Below are positions 1 to 10,000 of a DNA stretch of 64,000 nt, piece by piece. The stretch is from Marinifilaceae bacterium (GTDB taxonomy: Bacteria; Bacteroidota; Bacteroidia; Bacteroidales; Marinifilaceae): the NCBI GenBank assembly GCA_025210485.1, contig JAOARN010000132.1:382-64381 (forward strand). The letters run 5' to 3'. Every line of letters begins with the position of its first letter. The first letter of the stretch is position 1. Under the pieces are notes generated by a model that saw nothing but the letters and a program-made list of their open reading frames with translations, searched no databases and was not told the DNA's origin. Both the position numbers and the translations under genes were made by a program.

Positions 1-286
1 TTAGAGCAAGGTAATTTCTAAATCTGTCGATAGGGTTTCTGGTATTATACTTCTGAATTTCGATAATAACGGTTCTATTTTCTCCGTTTTCATCAAGAAT
101 AACAGCTTTATAATCAAAACGAGTAATAAATATTTCTTGATTAACAGCTTTGTTTGCCTCTTGAGGTTTAGCATTGATATCAATAACTTTTGTATCAAGA
201 ATAATGGATAGAACTATTTTAGCAATATCTTCATTATCCATCATATACTTAAAAGCATTGTCATATATTGGGTTAACGATTTTCAT
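1..286 (-). CDS. PD-(D/E)XK nuclease-family (transposase-like) protein, N-terminal 95 codons; remainder lies outside the window
   Basis: ATG at 286-284. Frame is open to position 1 by hand translation: MKIVNPIYDNAFKYMMDNEDIAKIVLSIILDTKVIDINAKPQEANKAVNQEIFITRFDYKAVILDENGENRTVIIEIQKYNTRNPIDRFRNYLAL. The D...E-I-Q-K pattern resembles a D/ExK nuclease core. It is absent from the supplied ORF track because it has no stop in the window. Confidence 0.45.
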   Translation of the reverse strand, partial: MKIVNPIYDNAFKYMMDNEDIAKIVLSIILDTKVIDINAKPQEANKAVNQEIFITRFDYKAVILDENGENRTVIIEIQKYNTRNPIDRFRNYLAL

Positions 287-394
287 GAGAAAAAGTAAAT
301 TTTCAGCAAATTTACGACATTAAGTACATATTTTATAATTTACTGAAAATAAAGATGAAAGATGTTTTACCAATATAGATAAATTAAGTGTGAA

Positions 395-1282
395 CTATCT
401 ATTAAGGCTGTTTGTTTTCGTGTGTTTTATAGAAGAGAAATGTAGTTTATAATTTTTGCTCTTGTGTTTATTGATATTTATTTTATTGTATGCGAAATAT
501 TCAAATCTTTTTGAAATTCTTTCAGAACTTCTATAAATAAGTATTTCTTTAATATTTCTATCCTTTTTATATTTTTCCGATTTATCATTAGTACATGATA
601 TAAAATCAATAAATAGTTCGGATGGGATACTATCTTTTTTTTCTATGACAGTTTGATATAAGTCATATCTGCTATTTCTAACTAATCTAACAGAATCAGA
701 AGCAATCACCTTATTTATTGAAATCTTAGCGGTGTCGTTTTTATGTCGAAGGTATAATTTCAAGTAAGGAAATTTACCTCTATCCTTAAAAGTAAATCTG
801 TATTGAGCCTGAACAATATATTTCCCCGGTTTTTCGATATGTATTTTCATGTCATTAATAATCGAATCTGTCTTTGGGATTCTTATTTCCTTTTTGCCTT
901 TATATAAATTTATAGAATCAATAAATTGGGAATATTGTTTTCTGTCGATGCTCAATTTAGTTTTGAATTTGTTTAAAGAATCGATTACTTGATCATATAA
1001 TTGTTCATATTCCTGAGTGTGTTCTATATAGAATAATACACAAGAGTCAAATTTAGCTCTAGTAATATTATGTTTGTCCAATAAATAATTGTAGTAATGA
1101 CTAGCCGAGAAATTCTGATAGGCTCTTGAAATCCTGTTTACATTCATACTCCCATCTGCAAGATGCATGTCAAATAGAATTTTCTTAAATTCGGTTTTTC
1201 CAATCGGTGAATTTTGATCTATTGATTGGCTGCAAGAAAAAGATAATCCAAGTAGAATAAAAAAGGCTAAAAAATTCTTCAT
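395..1282 (-). CDS. lipoprotein, DUF4296-like N-terminal region
   Basis: 295-aa ORF. Lipobox LGLSFSC. The FKKILFDMHLADG segment resembles the DUF4296 signature; the rest is uncharacterised. Confidence 0.6.
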   Translation of the reverse strand: MKNFLAFFILLGLSFSCSQSIDQNSPIGKTEFKKILFDMHLADGSMNVNRISRAYQNFSASHYYNYLLDKHNITRAKFDSCVLFYIEHTQEYEQLYDQVIDSLNKFKTKLSIDRKQYSQFIDSINLYKGKKEIRIPKTDSIINDMKIHIEKPGKYIVQAQYRFTFKDRGKFPYLKLYLRHKNDTAKISINKVIASDSVRLVRNSRYDLYQTVIEKKDSIPSELFIDFISCTNDKSEKYKKDRNIKEILIYRSSERISKRFEYFAYNKININKHKSKNYKLHFSSIKHTKTNSLNR

Positions 1283-1484
1283 TTTATTTAATTTGATTCA
1301 ATTCAAGACACAAATATAGTATTTTGTGAATCAAAATTAGTAAATAATGCAAATACACAAAGTATTATTGTGTTCTTTATTAATTTAAAAATTCTCAAAT
1401 CAATATTGCAATTATATCTTTTAATCTTGATTCTTTGTTTTTATATTTACGTCACATAAATTTTTAAAACTCAATTCAGAAAGT

Positions 1485-2855
1485 ATGGAGAATATAAAAA
1501 AATACATTGACGAGAATCAAGAACGTTTTCTTGATGAATTATTTGGTTTAATTCGTATCCCTTCTATTAGTTCTATAGCGGATCATAAACCTGATATGTA
1601 TAAAGCTGCTGAATATTGGAAACAATTAATTTTAGATGCAGGTGCGGACAAGGCTGAAATCTTCGAAACAGAAGGAAACCCTGTTACTTATGGTGAAAAA
1701 ATAATCGACCCTAAATTGCCTACAGTTATGGTATATGGTCATATGGATGTAATGCCTGTTGACCCTATTGAACTATGGAATACAGATCCTTTTGAGCCAG
1801 TAATTAAAGATGGTAAGATATGGGCTCGTGGTGCTGATGATGATAAAGGTCAAGCTTTTATGCATGCTAAAGCATTTGAATATATGGTGAAAAATGATTG
1901 TCTTCCATGTAATGTTAAATTTATGATCGAAGGTGAAGAGGAAGTTGGTTCTCCAAGTTTACCTAAGTTTTGTGAAGATCATAAAGAAATGCTTAAAGCA
2001 GATGTTATTTTAGTTTCAGATACTGGAATGATTGCTCCTGACATCCCTTCAATAACTACTGGTTTAAGAGGTTTAATGTATTGGGAAGTTGAAGTAACAG
2101 GTCCTAATAGAGATTTACACTCAGGATTATTTGGAGGTGCTGTAGCAAATCCTATAAATGTATTGGCTAAGATGATCACTGAAATGGTAGATGATAATGG
2201 ACATATCACTATTCCTGGTTTCTATGATGATGTTATTGAAGTGTCGAAAGAAGAGAGAGAATTAATGGCTAAAGCTCCATTCAATGAGGATGAGTACAAA
2301 AAAGCTATTGATGTTAAGGAATTATCTGGGGAAGCTGGATTTTCTACTAATGAAAGAACTGGTATTCGTCCATCATTTGATATTTGTGGTATCTGGGGTG
2401 GTTATACTGGAGAAGGTGCTAAAACTGTTCTACCTTCAAAAGCTCATGCAAAAATTTCAACTCGTTTGGTTCCAAACCAAGATTGGGAGAAAATTTCTGT
2501 TTTATTTAAAGAACATTTTGAAGCTATCGCTCCTGATTGTGTTAAGGTTGAGGTTACTCCTCTACATGGAGGTCAAGGATATGTATGTCCGATTGATCTT
2601 CCTGCATATCAGGCAGCTGAAAAAGCTTATACAGATGTTTATGGAAAACGTCCAGTTCCAGTTAGAAGTGGTGGTAGTATTCCAATTATCTCTTCTTTCG
2701 AAGAAATTTTAGGAATAAAATCTGTATTAATGGGATTTGGTCTTGAAAGTGATGCTATTCACTCACCAAATGAAAACTATCCATTGGAACAATTCTTTAA
2801 TGGTATTAATACTATTCCATTATTCTATAAATATTATGCTGAGATGGCAAAATAA
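1485..2855 (+). CDS. M20-family dipeptidase (ArgE/DapE/ACY1/CPG2/YscS family)
   Basis: 456 aa. Metal-ligand motifs GHMDVMP, ARGADDDKGQ, EGEEEVGS and a C-terminal HSPNE. Followed by a terminator. Confidence 0.9.
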   Translation: MENIKKYIDENQERFLDELFGLIRIPSISSIADHKPDMYKAAEYWKQLILDAGADKAEIFETEGNPVTYGEKIIDPKLPTVMVYGHMDVMPVDPIELWNTDPFEPVIKDGKIWARGADDDKGQAFMHAKAFEYMVKNDCLPCNVKFMIEGEEEVGSPSLPKFCEDHKEMLKADVILVSDTGMIAPDIPSITTGLRGLMYWEVEVTGPNRDLHSGLFGGAVANPINVLAKMITEMVDDNGHITIPGFYDDVIEVSKEERELMAKAPFNEDEYKKAIDVKELSGEAGFSTNERTGIRPSFDICGIWGGYTGEGAKTVLPSKAHAKISTRLVPNQDWEKISVLFKEHFEAIAPDCVKVEVTPLHGGQGYVCPIDLPAYQAAEKAYTDVYGKRPVPVRSGGSIPIISSFEEILGIKSVLMGFGLESDAIHSPNENYPLEQFFNGINTIPLFYKYYAEMAK

Positions 2856-2874
2856 AAGAGACACATATATTAAA

Positions 2875-2909
2875 AATGGGAAGCATGATTTTTGCTTCCC
2901 ATTTTTTTT
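2875..2909 (+). terminator. rho-independent terminator after the M20 dipeptidase gene
   Basis: AATGGGAAGCA / TGCTTCCCATT 11-bp stem followed by a T-run. Confidence 0.7.
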
Positions 2910-2946
2910 GATATTAAAACAATTAATATCATCTGCTACAAGCTGA

Positions 2947-3954
2947 CTATTTATTAGAAAGACTTGCAAAGTCTCCAACATTTAGCTCTGTAACATCTCC
3001 ATGAATTTCCACATGATTGCCAATCATAGAATTATGAAGATTAAGATTTTCTAAATTTGAATTCCTTTGTACTATAGAATTGCTAATAAGAGTATTTTCA
3101 ATTACTGTATTGGATCCAATAGAAACATGTGGTCCAATAACTGAATTGCTAATTCTTACATTTTCGCCAATATAACATGGTGGGATGATAATCGAATTTT
3201 TTTGCTTTGCACTGCAACAAACAAGTTCATCGTCTTTATGATATTCTAATATTCTTTGGTTTGTGTGAACAGTGGCATCTTTATTTCCGCAATCCATCCA
3301 TTCTATAACTTGACCTGGGCTAAATTTAAGCCCTTTGTTTTTCATGTTTTCTAATGCTGCAGTAAGTTGGTACTCTCCTCCAGCCATTATATTATTGTCA
3401 ATTAGATATGCTAATTCGTTTCTAAGATTATCGCCATCTTTAAAGTAGTAAATACCAATTATTGCTAAATCAGATACAAAGTCTTTTGGTTTTTCTACAA
3501 AATCAGTAATCTGATTATTTTCATTCAACTTAACTACTCCGAATGCCGATGGATCTTCTACCTTTTGTACCCAAATAACACTATCTGAATCATCACTTAA
3601 TTTGAAATCAGCTTTAAATAAAGTATCTGCAAATGCAACAACAACTTTACCTGATAGAGATTTCTCGGCACAATAAATAGCATGGGCTGTTCCTAGTGCC
3701 TCGTTTTGGTAGTATATACTTGATTTTGTTCCAAGATCTGAAGCAATCTGTTTCAAATTGTTTTCAACCTCAGTTCCAAAGTCACCAATAATGTATGCAA
3801 TTTCTTCTATCTCTTCATCACATACTTTTACAATTTCTTCTAATAGTCTTTGAACTATAGGTTTACCTGCAATAGGAATTAATGGTTTTGGTACCGTTAA
3901 TGTGTGTGGGCGCATTCTTTTGCCCATTCCTGCCATTGGAATTATTACTTTCAT
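2947..3954 (-). CDS. sugar-phosphate nucleotidyltransferase with C-terminal left-handed beta-helix
   Basis: 335 aa. N-terminal MAGMGKRMRP..PKPL NTP-transferase motif. C-terminal hexapeptide-repeat region (IGENVRISNSVIGPHVSIGSNTVIENT...). Confidence 0.85.
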   Translation of the reverse strand: MKVIIPMAGMGKRMRPHTLTVPKPLIPIAGKPIVQRLLEEIVKVCDEEIEEIAYIIGDFGTEVENNLKQIASDLGTKSSIYYQNEALGTAHAIYCAEKSLSGKVVVAFADTLFKADFKLSDDSDSVIWVQKVEDPSAFGVVKLNENNQITDFVEKPKDFVSDLAIIGIYYFKDGDNLRNELAYLIDNNIMAGGEYQLTAALENMKNKGLKFSPGQVIEWMDCGNKDATVHTNQRILEYHKDDELVCCSAKQKNSIIIPPCYIGENVRISNSVIGPHVSIGSNTVIENTLISNSIVQRNSNLENLNLHNSMIGNHVEIHGDVTELNVGDFASLSNK

Positions 3955-3996
3955 ATATTATGATGGAATTTAGGATTTACATTAAATTTATTTGTT

Positions 3997-4428
3997 CTAT
4001 TTACCTGTATGTCCAAAGCCTCCAGAACCTCTCTTTGTATCTGATAGGATTTCAACCTGATTGAATTCTACTGTCTCATGTTTTGCTATTACCATTTGAC
4101 ATATTCTGTCTCCTGAGTTTATTTCGACAACATGATTAGAAAGATTAACCATAATCACACCAATTTCTCCTCTGTAGTCAGCGTCGATTGTACCAGGACT
4201 ATTTAAGATAGTTAATCCCTCTTTTAATGCTAAGCCACTTCTAGGTCTGATTTGTGCTTCATGCCCCTCAGGTAATTCTATGTATAATCCCGTTGGAATT
4301 AATCTCCTTTCTAAAGGTTGAAGTATAATAGTTTCCTTTAAGAATGCTCTAATATCAACACCTGCTGATAATGCTGTTTGATATTTAGGATTAGGATTAT
4401 CTGATTTATTAATAATATTTACTTTCAT
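3997..4428 (-). CDS. dut: dUTP diphosphatase
   Basis: Motifs [23 protein letters not shown] and C-terminal [10 protein letters not shown]. Start moved to the ATG at 4428 (MKVNIINK). The 31 upstream codons of the listed ORF are AT-rich leader. Confidence 0.9.
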   Translation of the reverse strand: MKVNIINKSDNPNPKYQTALSAGVDIRAFLKETIILQPLERRLIPTGLYIELPEGHEAQIRPRSGLALKEGLTILNSPGTIDADYRGEIGVIMVNLSNHVVEINSGDRICQMVIAKHETVEFNQVEILSDTKRGSGGFGHTGK

Positions 4429-4958
4429 AATCAATATTTTTAGTTGTAAAAATTTATCAAAGATAAAAAAATTGCATGAGCTAGAATGGAAGATAGGATA
4501 ATTTGTGTTCGAAATCATCAATAATAATCTTAATTTACATTTTTCAATCTCATTGTTTTATGTTTATTAGCTAAGTTAAATTTGATAAGCTAATTGTTTT
4601 CAAAATGAACTAGTAATTCAATAAAAATATAATTTATTTATTTGAAAAATTTAAAGCTACAAGCGATATTTTTTTAAATATTTAGCTTGAAATGAGATGA
4701 AAATTGTATCCAATAAGTTTGTTTAGATGAATTCTAAACAAATATTTAAACACCCACATAAACAATTAGTTAACAGTGTTAAATAATTATATGGCACTGT
4801 TTGTAAGGTCTCATTTCTCCATTTAGAACCTATTCCAATATGTCTTTCGCTTCTTTTATACTAACGAAAAATTACAGTTTAAATGAATTGTTTTTTTTCC
4901 ATTACTGGTTCAAAAACAAAATCACTGAACCTGATATTTAAATTAAGTAAATGTACAA

Positions 4959-6833
4959 ATGAACTCGAAGAAGTTTTTAAAAAAGACAAGAACAATTATT
5001 CAATATATAGTATTGACTTTAATTGTTGGTTTTTTGATAGCAGATATTGCTGGTGTCAAAAAAACGAATTTTGAAGCCTATTGTCCTATGGGTGGAATCC
5101 AATCTATTGTTACTTTAATGAAGGATGGCATATTGGCATGTAATATGACTTCTGCTAATATTGTATTAGGTCTTATATTTCTGATAGTAGTATTATTATT
5201 AGGAAAATTATTCTGTAGTTTTTTATGTCCATTGGGCACAATATCTGAGAAATTAGGGAAGATAGGCGAAAAATATAATCTTAGAATTGAAATAAAAGGC
5301 ATAGCAGATAAAGCTTTAAGACTTGTTAAATATGGATTACTTTTCCTAACAGTGAAAATTACTCTTGAAACAGGAGAACTTTTCTGTAAAACTTATGACC
5401 CATTTTATAGCACCTTTAGTTTATTTGGGCACCGTGTCAATTATTTATATGCTAGTATTACAATTGCAGTTTTAGTTTTTGGAGCAATCTTCTTCCGTCT
5501 TTTTTGGTGTAAATATATATGTCCTCTAGGCGCAATTTCTAATATTTTTCGTTATCGCTTCACATTTATTATTGTCCTATTAATAAGCGGTGTAGTCTAT
5601 TTTTTCGAATCAGGAATTGATATGAGTATTCCTATTGGAATTATTTGTTTAGCAGGTTATATAATTGAAATTCTAAATATTAAATCTAAAAAGCAAGTTT
5701 TGTTAAAAATTACTAGACATAAGGATAAGTGTGTTGATTGTGGACTTTGCTCTAGAGTTTGTCCTCAAGGAATAGATGTTGCTGACTTATCAGTTGTAAA
5801 ACATCCTGATTGTAATTTATGCACAGACTGTGTAAATTCTTGTCCTAAAAAAGGAGCACTAACGATTCATAAAAAACTTAATTATGCATGGTTACCTGCC
5901 GTGGTAGTAGTTGTTTTGTTCTTTATTGGATTAATGATATCTGCTAATTACAGAATTCCTACAGTTTCTAAGCAATGGGGTGAAGATGATGCATACCAAA
6001 GCTCTAAAACTTTTACATTGGATCATATTAATTCTGTCACATGTTACAGCAGTTCAATGGGATTTGTACGAAGAATGAAAAAAGTGGATGGGGTACTAGG
6101 AGTATCTACATATATAAAAAATCATTCGGCTGATATTGTCTATGATACAACAAAAATAAGCGAAACGGATATTCGTAAAATGTTCTATATAAGATTGAAG
6201 CAATTTGTTAAAACGCCTAAGTTCAAACAAAATCTTTCAGTTTATAAACTTCGAATACTAAATTATATCACCGAAAAAGACCTAAATCTTTTAGCTGAAA
6301 AACTTTCTGAATTAGATGTTTATCAATTGGAAACTCAGTTTGATAAAAGTGTTACTTTATTAGTATTTGCTGATTCAAATTTAAATAAAGAGCAATTAAA
6401 TAGTGCCATTAATTCTTTAACGCACAGAGGAAAACCAATGTATCAAATACATGATATAGTAAAATCTCCACGACCAATCAATGGATTTGGTTTAATGAAA
6501 AGATGTTTTAAAGGCTATAGAAAGAACTTTAATGATGCTAAAAATGCTCCTAGAGAAAAAGTGAAGATGCTTAGATTAAAAGTGGATAACTTTCCTAAGA
6601 ATGAAAGTGAATGGCACTTGTTAGCAAATCACTTGATGAAGAAACATAAAGGAGCAATCGGTATTGATGCAGATCCTAAGAAATTCCCATTAGTCAGATT
6701 TATATATATAGATGGCATGGTAGATGAGAACCAGATATTTGATCATATAAATCAGAAAAATCTAAATATAGAATATAAAAGTGGTGAAAAAGCAACTAAA
6801 CCTAACCATTATTCTTTTTCGAGACTAAACTAG
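4959..6833 (+). CDS. polytopic membrane 4Fe-4S ferredoxin-type protein (NapH/YccM-like N-terminal half) with long uncharacterised C-terminal extension
   Basis: 624 aa. Repeated C-x3-CP-x-G membrane motifs (CSFLCPLG, CKYICPLG). Two classical clusters: CVDCGLCSRVCP and CNLCTDCVNSCP. See finding. Confidence 0.8.
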   Translation: MNSKKFLKKTRTIIQYIVLTLIVGFLIADIAGVKKTNFEAYCPMGGIQSIVTLMKDGILACNMTSANIVLGLIFLIVVLLLGKLFCSFLCPLGTISEKLGKIGEKYNLRIEIKGIADKALRLVKYGLLFLTVKITLETGELFCKTYDPFYSTFSLFGHRVNYLYASITIAVLVFGAIFFRLFWCKYICPLGAISNIFRYRFTFIIVLLISGVVYFFESGIDMSIPIGIICLAGYIIEILNIKSKKQVLLKITRHKDKCVDCGLCSRVCPQGIDVADLSVVKHPDCNLCTDCVNSCPKKGALTIHKKLNYAWLPAVVVVVLFFIGLMISANYRIPTVSKQWGEDDAYQSSKTFTLDHINSVTCYSSSMGFVRRMKKVDGVLGVSTYIKNHSADIVYDTTKISETDIRKMFYIRLKQFVKTPKFKQNLSVYKLRILNYITEKDLNLLAEKLSELDVYQLETQFDKSVTLLVFADSNLNKEQLNSAINSLTHRGKPMYQIHDIVKSPRPINGFGLMKRCFKGYRKNFNDAKNAPREKVKMLRLKVDNFPKNESEWHLLANHLMKKHKGAIGIDADPKKFPLVRFIYIDGMVDENQIFDHINQKNLNIEYKSGEKATKPNHYSFSRLN

Positions 6834-7014
6834 AAATAAAATATTATGGTGGGATTTTTAAAGCCCACCATAAACCAAAACCAGATAGCTAATTTATAGC
6901 TACCAAATCCAAGTTTAACGACTAATAATTTCTATTAAAATTATTAGAAAATAATGAACGCCAGATGATAAAAAAAACTGGTGAAATAGTATTCGTAACT
7001 TCAATTATAAAAAT

Positions 7015-9957
7015 ATGAAGAGATTAGTATTATCAATAATACTCGTTTTTTGTTTTGCAAGTATGTTTGCTCAGTCTAATAAAATAACGGGTGTAGTATT
7101 GGACTTTAAAACAAAAACACCAATTCCAGGTGTAAGTGTTGTTGAAAAAACAACAACAAATGGTATGAGTACTGACATTGATGGGAAATTTACCATTACA
7201 ATGAATGATAAAAATGGAACTTTAATGTTCTCATTTATCGGATATGAAACCACCGAGCTTAAGCCAGAAGGGAAAACCGACCTTCGTATTATGCTTAAAG
7301 AATCTAAAAAGCAGCTAAAAGAAGTTGTAGTTTTAGGTTATGGAACTCTTAAAACTAAAGAAGCTGTTGTGGGTAGTGTTGAGCAGGTTAAGGCTGATGA
7401 CTTATCAAAACATAGTTCTGCTATTAGTGTTGATCAAATGCTTGAGGGGCAAGTAGCAGGTGTCAGAATCGAATCTGAATCAGGTGACCCAACAAGCCCT
7501 CTGAAAGTTCGTATTCGTGGTGATAAAAGTATTGAAGGTGTTGGTTCTGGAGCTTTTTCTGCATCGAGTGAACCTCTTTATATTCTTGATGGTGTACCAT
7601 TGTATGATGCCTTAAATCCTAACATTAATACAGGTACAGAGGTTGTAACAAATCCTTTAGCTTTAATTAATCCTGAGGATATTGAAACAATTACTGTACT
7701 TAAAGATGCATCGGCTGCTGCTATATATGGTGCTAATGGTGCTAATGGTGTTGTTATTCTTACCACAAAAAAAGGAGCTAAGGGGAAAACAAGAGTAAAT
7801 TTATCTCATAAATTACTTATTAGTACTCCAATTAATAAAATAGAACTTCTAGATTCGAAAGAATACACAGAATTATTGAATGAGTATACAGGTGATAATA
7901 AGGAAGCTCCTGATTTCTCAACTGATTGGCGTGATCAAACATTGCAAACTGCTGTCTCAAACCAAACTAATTTAAGTATTTCAGGTGGAGATACAAGAGT
8001 AACATATAGATTATCTGCATCATATAAAGATAATGAAACAACATCAAAAGGAAATGATTTTGAAACTGTTACCACAAGATTAAATCTTAATATGAAATTA
8101 TATGACAATGTTGATTTGGAATATAATGGTGGTATTACTTCTTTCGAAACTGATAAATATAATGCTTTTGGTACATATTTGAACAGACCTACGGATCCTA
8201 TCTATGATGAAAATGGTGATTATCATTATCTTGATGGATTAGGAAATCCTCTTCAAGTAATGGCTTTAAATGAAAATACATCTAAAAAATTCTATTCCAA
8301 TAATAGTTTAAACTTAAGAGTTAAAATCAATAAAAACTTTAAAAGTACCACGCGTTATGGAATTGATTATACCAACAAAAAGAATAATGTATTTGAATCA
8401 AAGGATACACCACAAGGTAAAAAATATGGTGGTAGAATTAGGGAAGTAAGAGGTACTAATAGAAGTTGGATTGCTAGTACTCAATTAGATTATACAGGTA
8501 AATTAGGAGTGGATCATAGTTTCGCAGGTACTTTTGGATACCAATTGAAAAAAGACTTTACTGACAGAACTACCACTACCGACACAGAGTTAGTTACTGA
8601 TATTTTGCATATTCCTGGTCAAGGATCCGAAGGTAATCAAGATATTTCTGCTTTTGATTCTGAAGATGCATTGAGATCATATTATGCAAGAGCAAGTTAT
8701 GATTATAAGAAAAGATATTTCTTCTCAGCAAACTATCGTTCTGATGCAACATCATATTTTGGTGGTGATAAACAAGTTGAAAACTTTATGTCTGTAGGTG
8801 CTTCGTGGATTATATCTAAAGAAGGCTTCTGGAAGCAAAATGATATTATTCATTTCTTGAAATTGAAATTAAGTTATGGTAAAGTAGGTAACTCTAAAGT
8901 GGGTGGATATTCAGCTACTGGAATTTATAATTATAGTCTTTCAAGTGTATACAATAACCAAATTATTGCTCAGCCATATACTGCGCCTAACGAGGATTTA
9001 GGTTGGCAAAAGACTAATAAGCTAAATGTTGGTCTGACAATGAAAATGTTTAAGAAATTAAACCTTGATATTGAATATTATAATGAAAAGACAATAGACG
9101 GTATTATGGGGATGAAAGTAGCCCCTGAAACTGGTTGGAATACAATCAATGTTAATGCTGCTGAAAAAACCAATACTGGTATTGAAGCTAGTTTAAAATT
9201 GCGAAATCTAATTTTAGGTCCTGTAAGATACACAGCTAGTTTCAATATTGCTCATAATACTAGTAAACTAGATAAATTAGCAAATAATCTAGATCAAATT
9301 TACTCTACTACTGGCCTAATTGTTGGCGAAAGTACCGATTTAATGATGGGTTACAAATATGCAGGAGTAGATCCTCAAACTGGTGCACCTCAGTTTATGC
9401 TTAAAGATGGAACTATTACATCCGACAAAGCCCTTTATGGAAATACTGATCAAATTCAAATTATTGGTCACCGTGAACCTGATTTTTCTGGTGGTTTTAC
9501 AAATAGTTTTTCATATAAAAATATTGATTTATCATTCTTAGTTAGTTATGAGTTTGGAGGGGATCTTAGAGCTAGTGGTTATGTCCAAAGTTTAGAAAAA
9601 GGTTCTGGTATCTCAGCTCAAAACAAAAGTGTTAACCTTCTTGACAGATGGCAAAATCCAGGTGATATAACAGATATTCCTAAATTATCAAGTGCTACAG
9701 CTATGCCATACCAGAGTTCTGCTTATATTTTTGATAAAACCAATATAAGCCTGAAGTCAATTTCTCTAGGATACCAACTCCCAAAAGATATTATTAGCAG
9801 AATAAAGCTAAACTCTGCAAGTGTAGGTCTTCAAGTTAGTAATATTTACACTTGGTACAAAGACGATAGCAAAAGCGGAAGAAATGGGATTGCTGAATAT
9901 CGTTATTCTTTCCCTCAGGCAAGAACCTTTGCATTTAATATCAAGTTAGGATTCTAA
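7015..9957 (+). CDS. SusC/RagA-family TonB-dependent outer-membrane transporter
   Basis: 980 aa. Signal peptide, carboxypeptidase-regulatory-like N-domain (ITGVVLD..PIPGVSV..TDIDGKFTI), plug (LYILDGVP..INPEDIETITVLKDASAAAIYGANGANGVV), terminal F. Directly followed by a SusD-like gene. Confidence 0.95.
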   Translation: MKRLVLSIILVFCFASMFAQSNKITGVVLDFKTKTPIPGVSVVEKTTTNGMSTDIDGKFTITMNDKNGTLMFSFIGYETTELKPEGKTDLRIMLKESKKQLKEVVVLGYGTLKTKEAVVGSVEQVKADDLSKHSSAISVDQMLEGQVAGVRIESESGDPTSPLKVRIRGDKSIEGVGSGAFSASSEPLYILDGVPLYDALNPNINTGTEVVTNPLALINPEDIETITVLKDASAAAIYGANGANGVVILTTKKGAKGKTRVNLSHKLLISTPINKIELLDSKEYTELLNEYTGDNKEAPDFSTDWRDQTLQTAVSNQTNLSISGGDTRVTYRLSASYKDNETTSKGNDFETVTTRLNLNMKLYDNVDLEYNGGITSFETDKYNAFGTYLNRPTDPIYDENGDYHYLDGLGNPLQVMALNENTSKKFYSNNSLNLRVKINKNFKSTTRYGIDYTNKKNNVFESKDTPQGKKYGGRIREVRGTNRSWIASTQLDYTGKLGVDHSFAGTFGYQLKKDFTDRTTTTDTELVTDILHIPGQGSEGNQDISAFDSEDALRSYYARASYDYKKRYFFSANYRSDATSYFGGDKQVENFMSVGASWIISKEGFWKQNDIIHFLKLKLSYGKVGNSKVGGYSATGIYNYSLSSVYNNQIIAQPYTAPNEDLGWQKTNKLNVGLTMKMFKKLNLDIEYYNEKTIDGIMGMKVAPETGWNTINVNAAEKTNTGIEASLKLRNLILGPVRYTASFNIAHNTSKLDKLANNLDQIYSTTGLIVGESTDLMMGYKYAGVDPQTGAPQFMLKDGTITSDKALYGNTDQIQIIGHREPDFSGGFTNSFSYKNIDLSFLVSYEFGGDLRASGYVQSLEKGSGISAQNKSVNLLDRWQNPGDITDIPKLSSATAMPYQSSAYIFDKTNISLKSISLGYQLPKDIISRIKLNSASVGLQVSNIYTWYKDDSKSGRNGIAEYRYSFPQARTFAFNIKLGF

Positions 9958-10000
9958 TAACAAAATTTGTTGGCATTAAAACATTGAAAAATATAGAATT

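Noticed and set aside
1-198. Listed 65-aa ORF on the minus strand
   Set aside because: The product is low-complexity and L/I/K-rich. The overlapping frame starting at 286 gives a recognisable PD-(D/E)XK-type N-terminus and stays open to the window edge.
3997-4521. Long N-terminal extensions in the listed ORFs for dut (to 4521), cysS (to 38411), the IMPDH-like gene (to 57029), the M49-like gene (from 53747), pepE (to 39898) and the orphan ORF (from 57230)
   Set aside because: The extensions are I/F/N/Y-rich leader translations or use GTG/TTG starts. Internal ATGs reproduce the canonical family N-termini or lipoprotein signal peptides.
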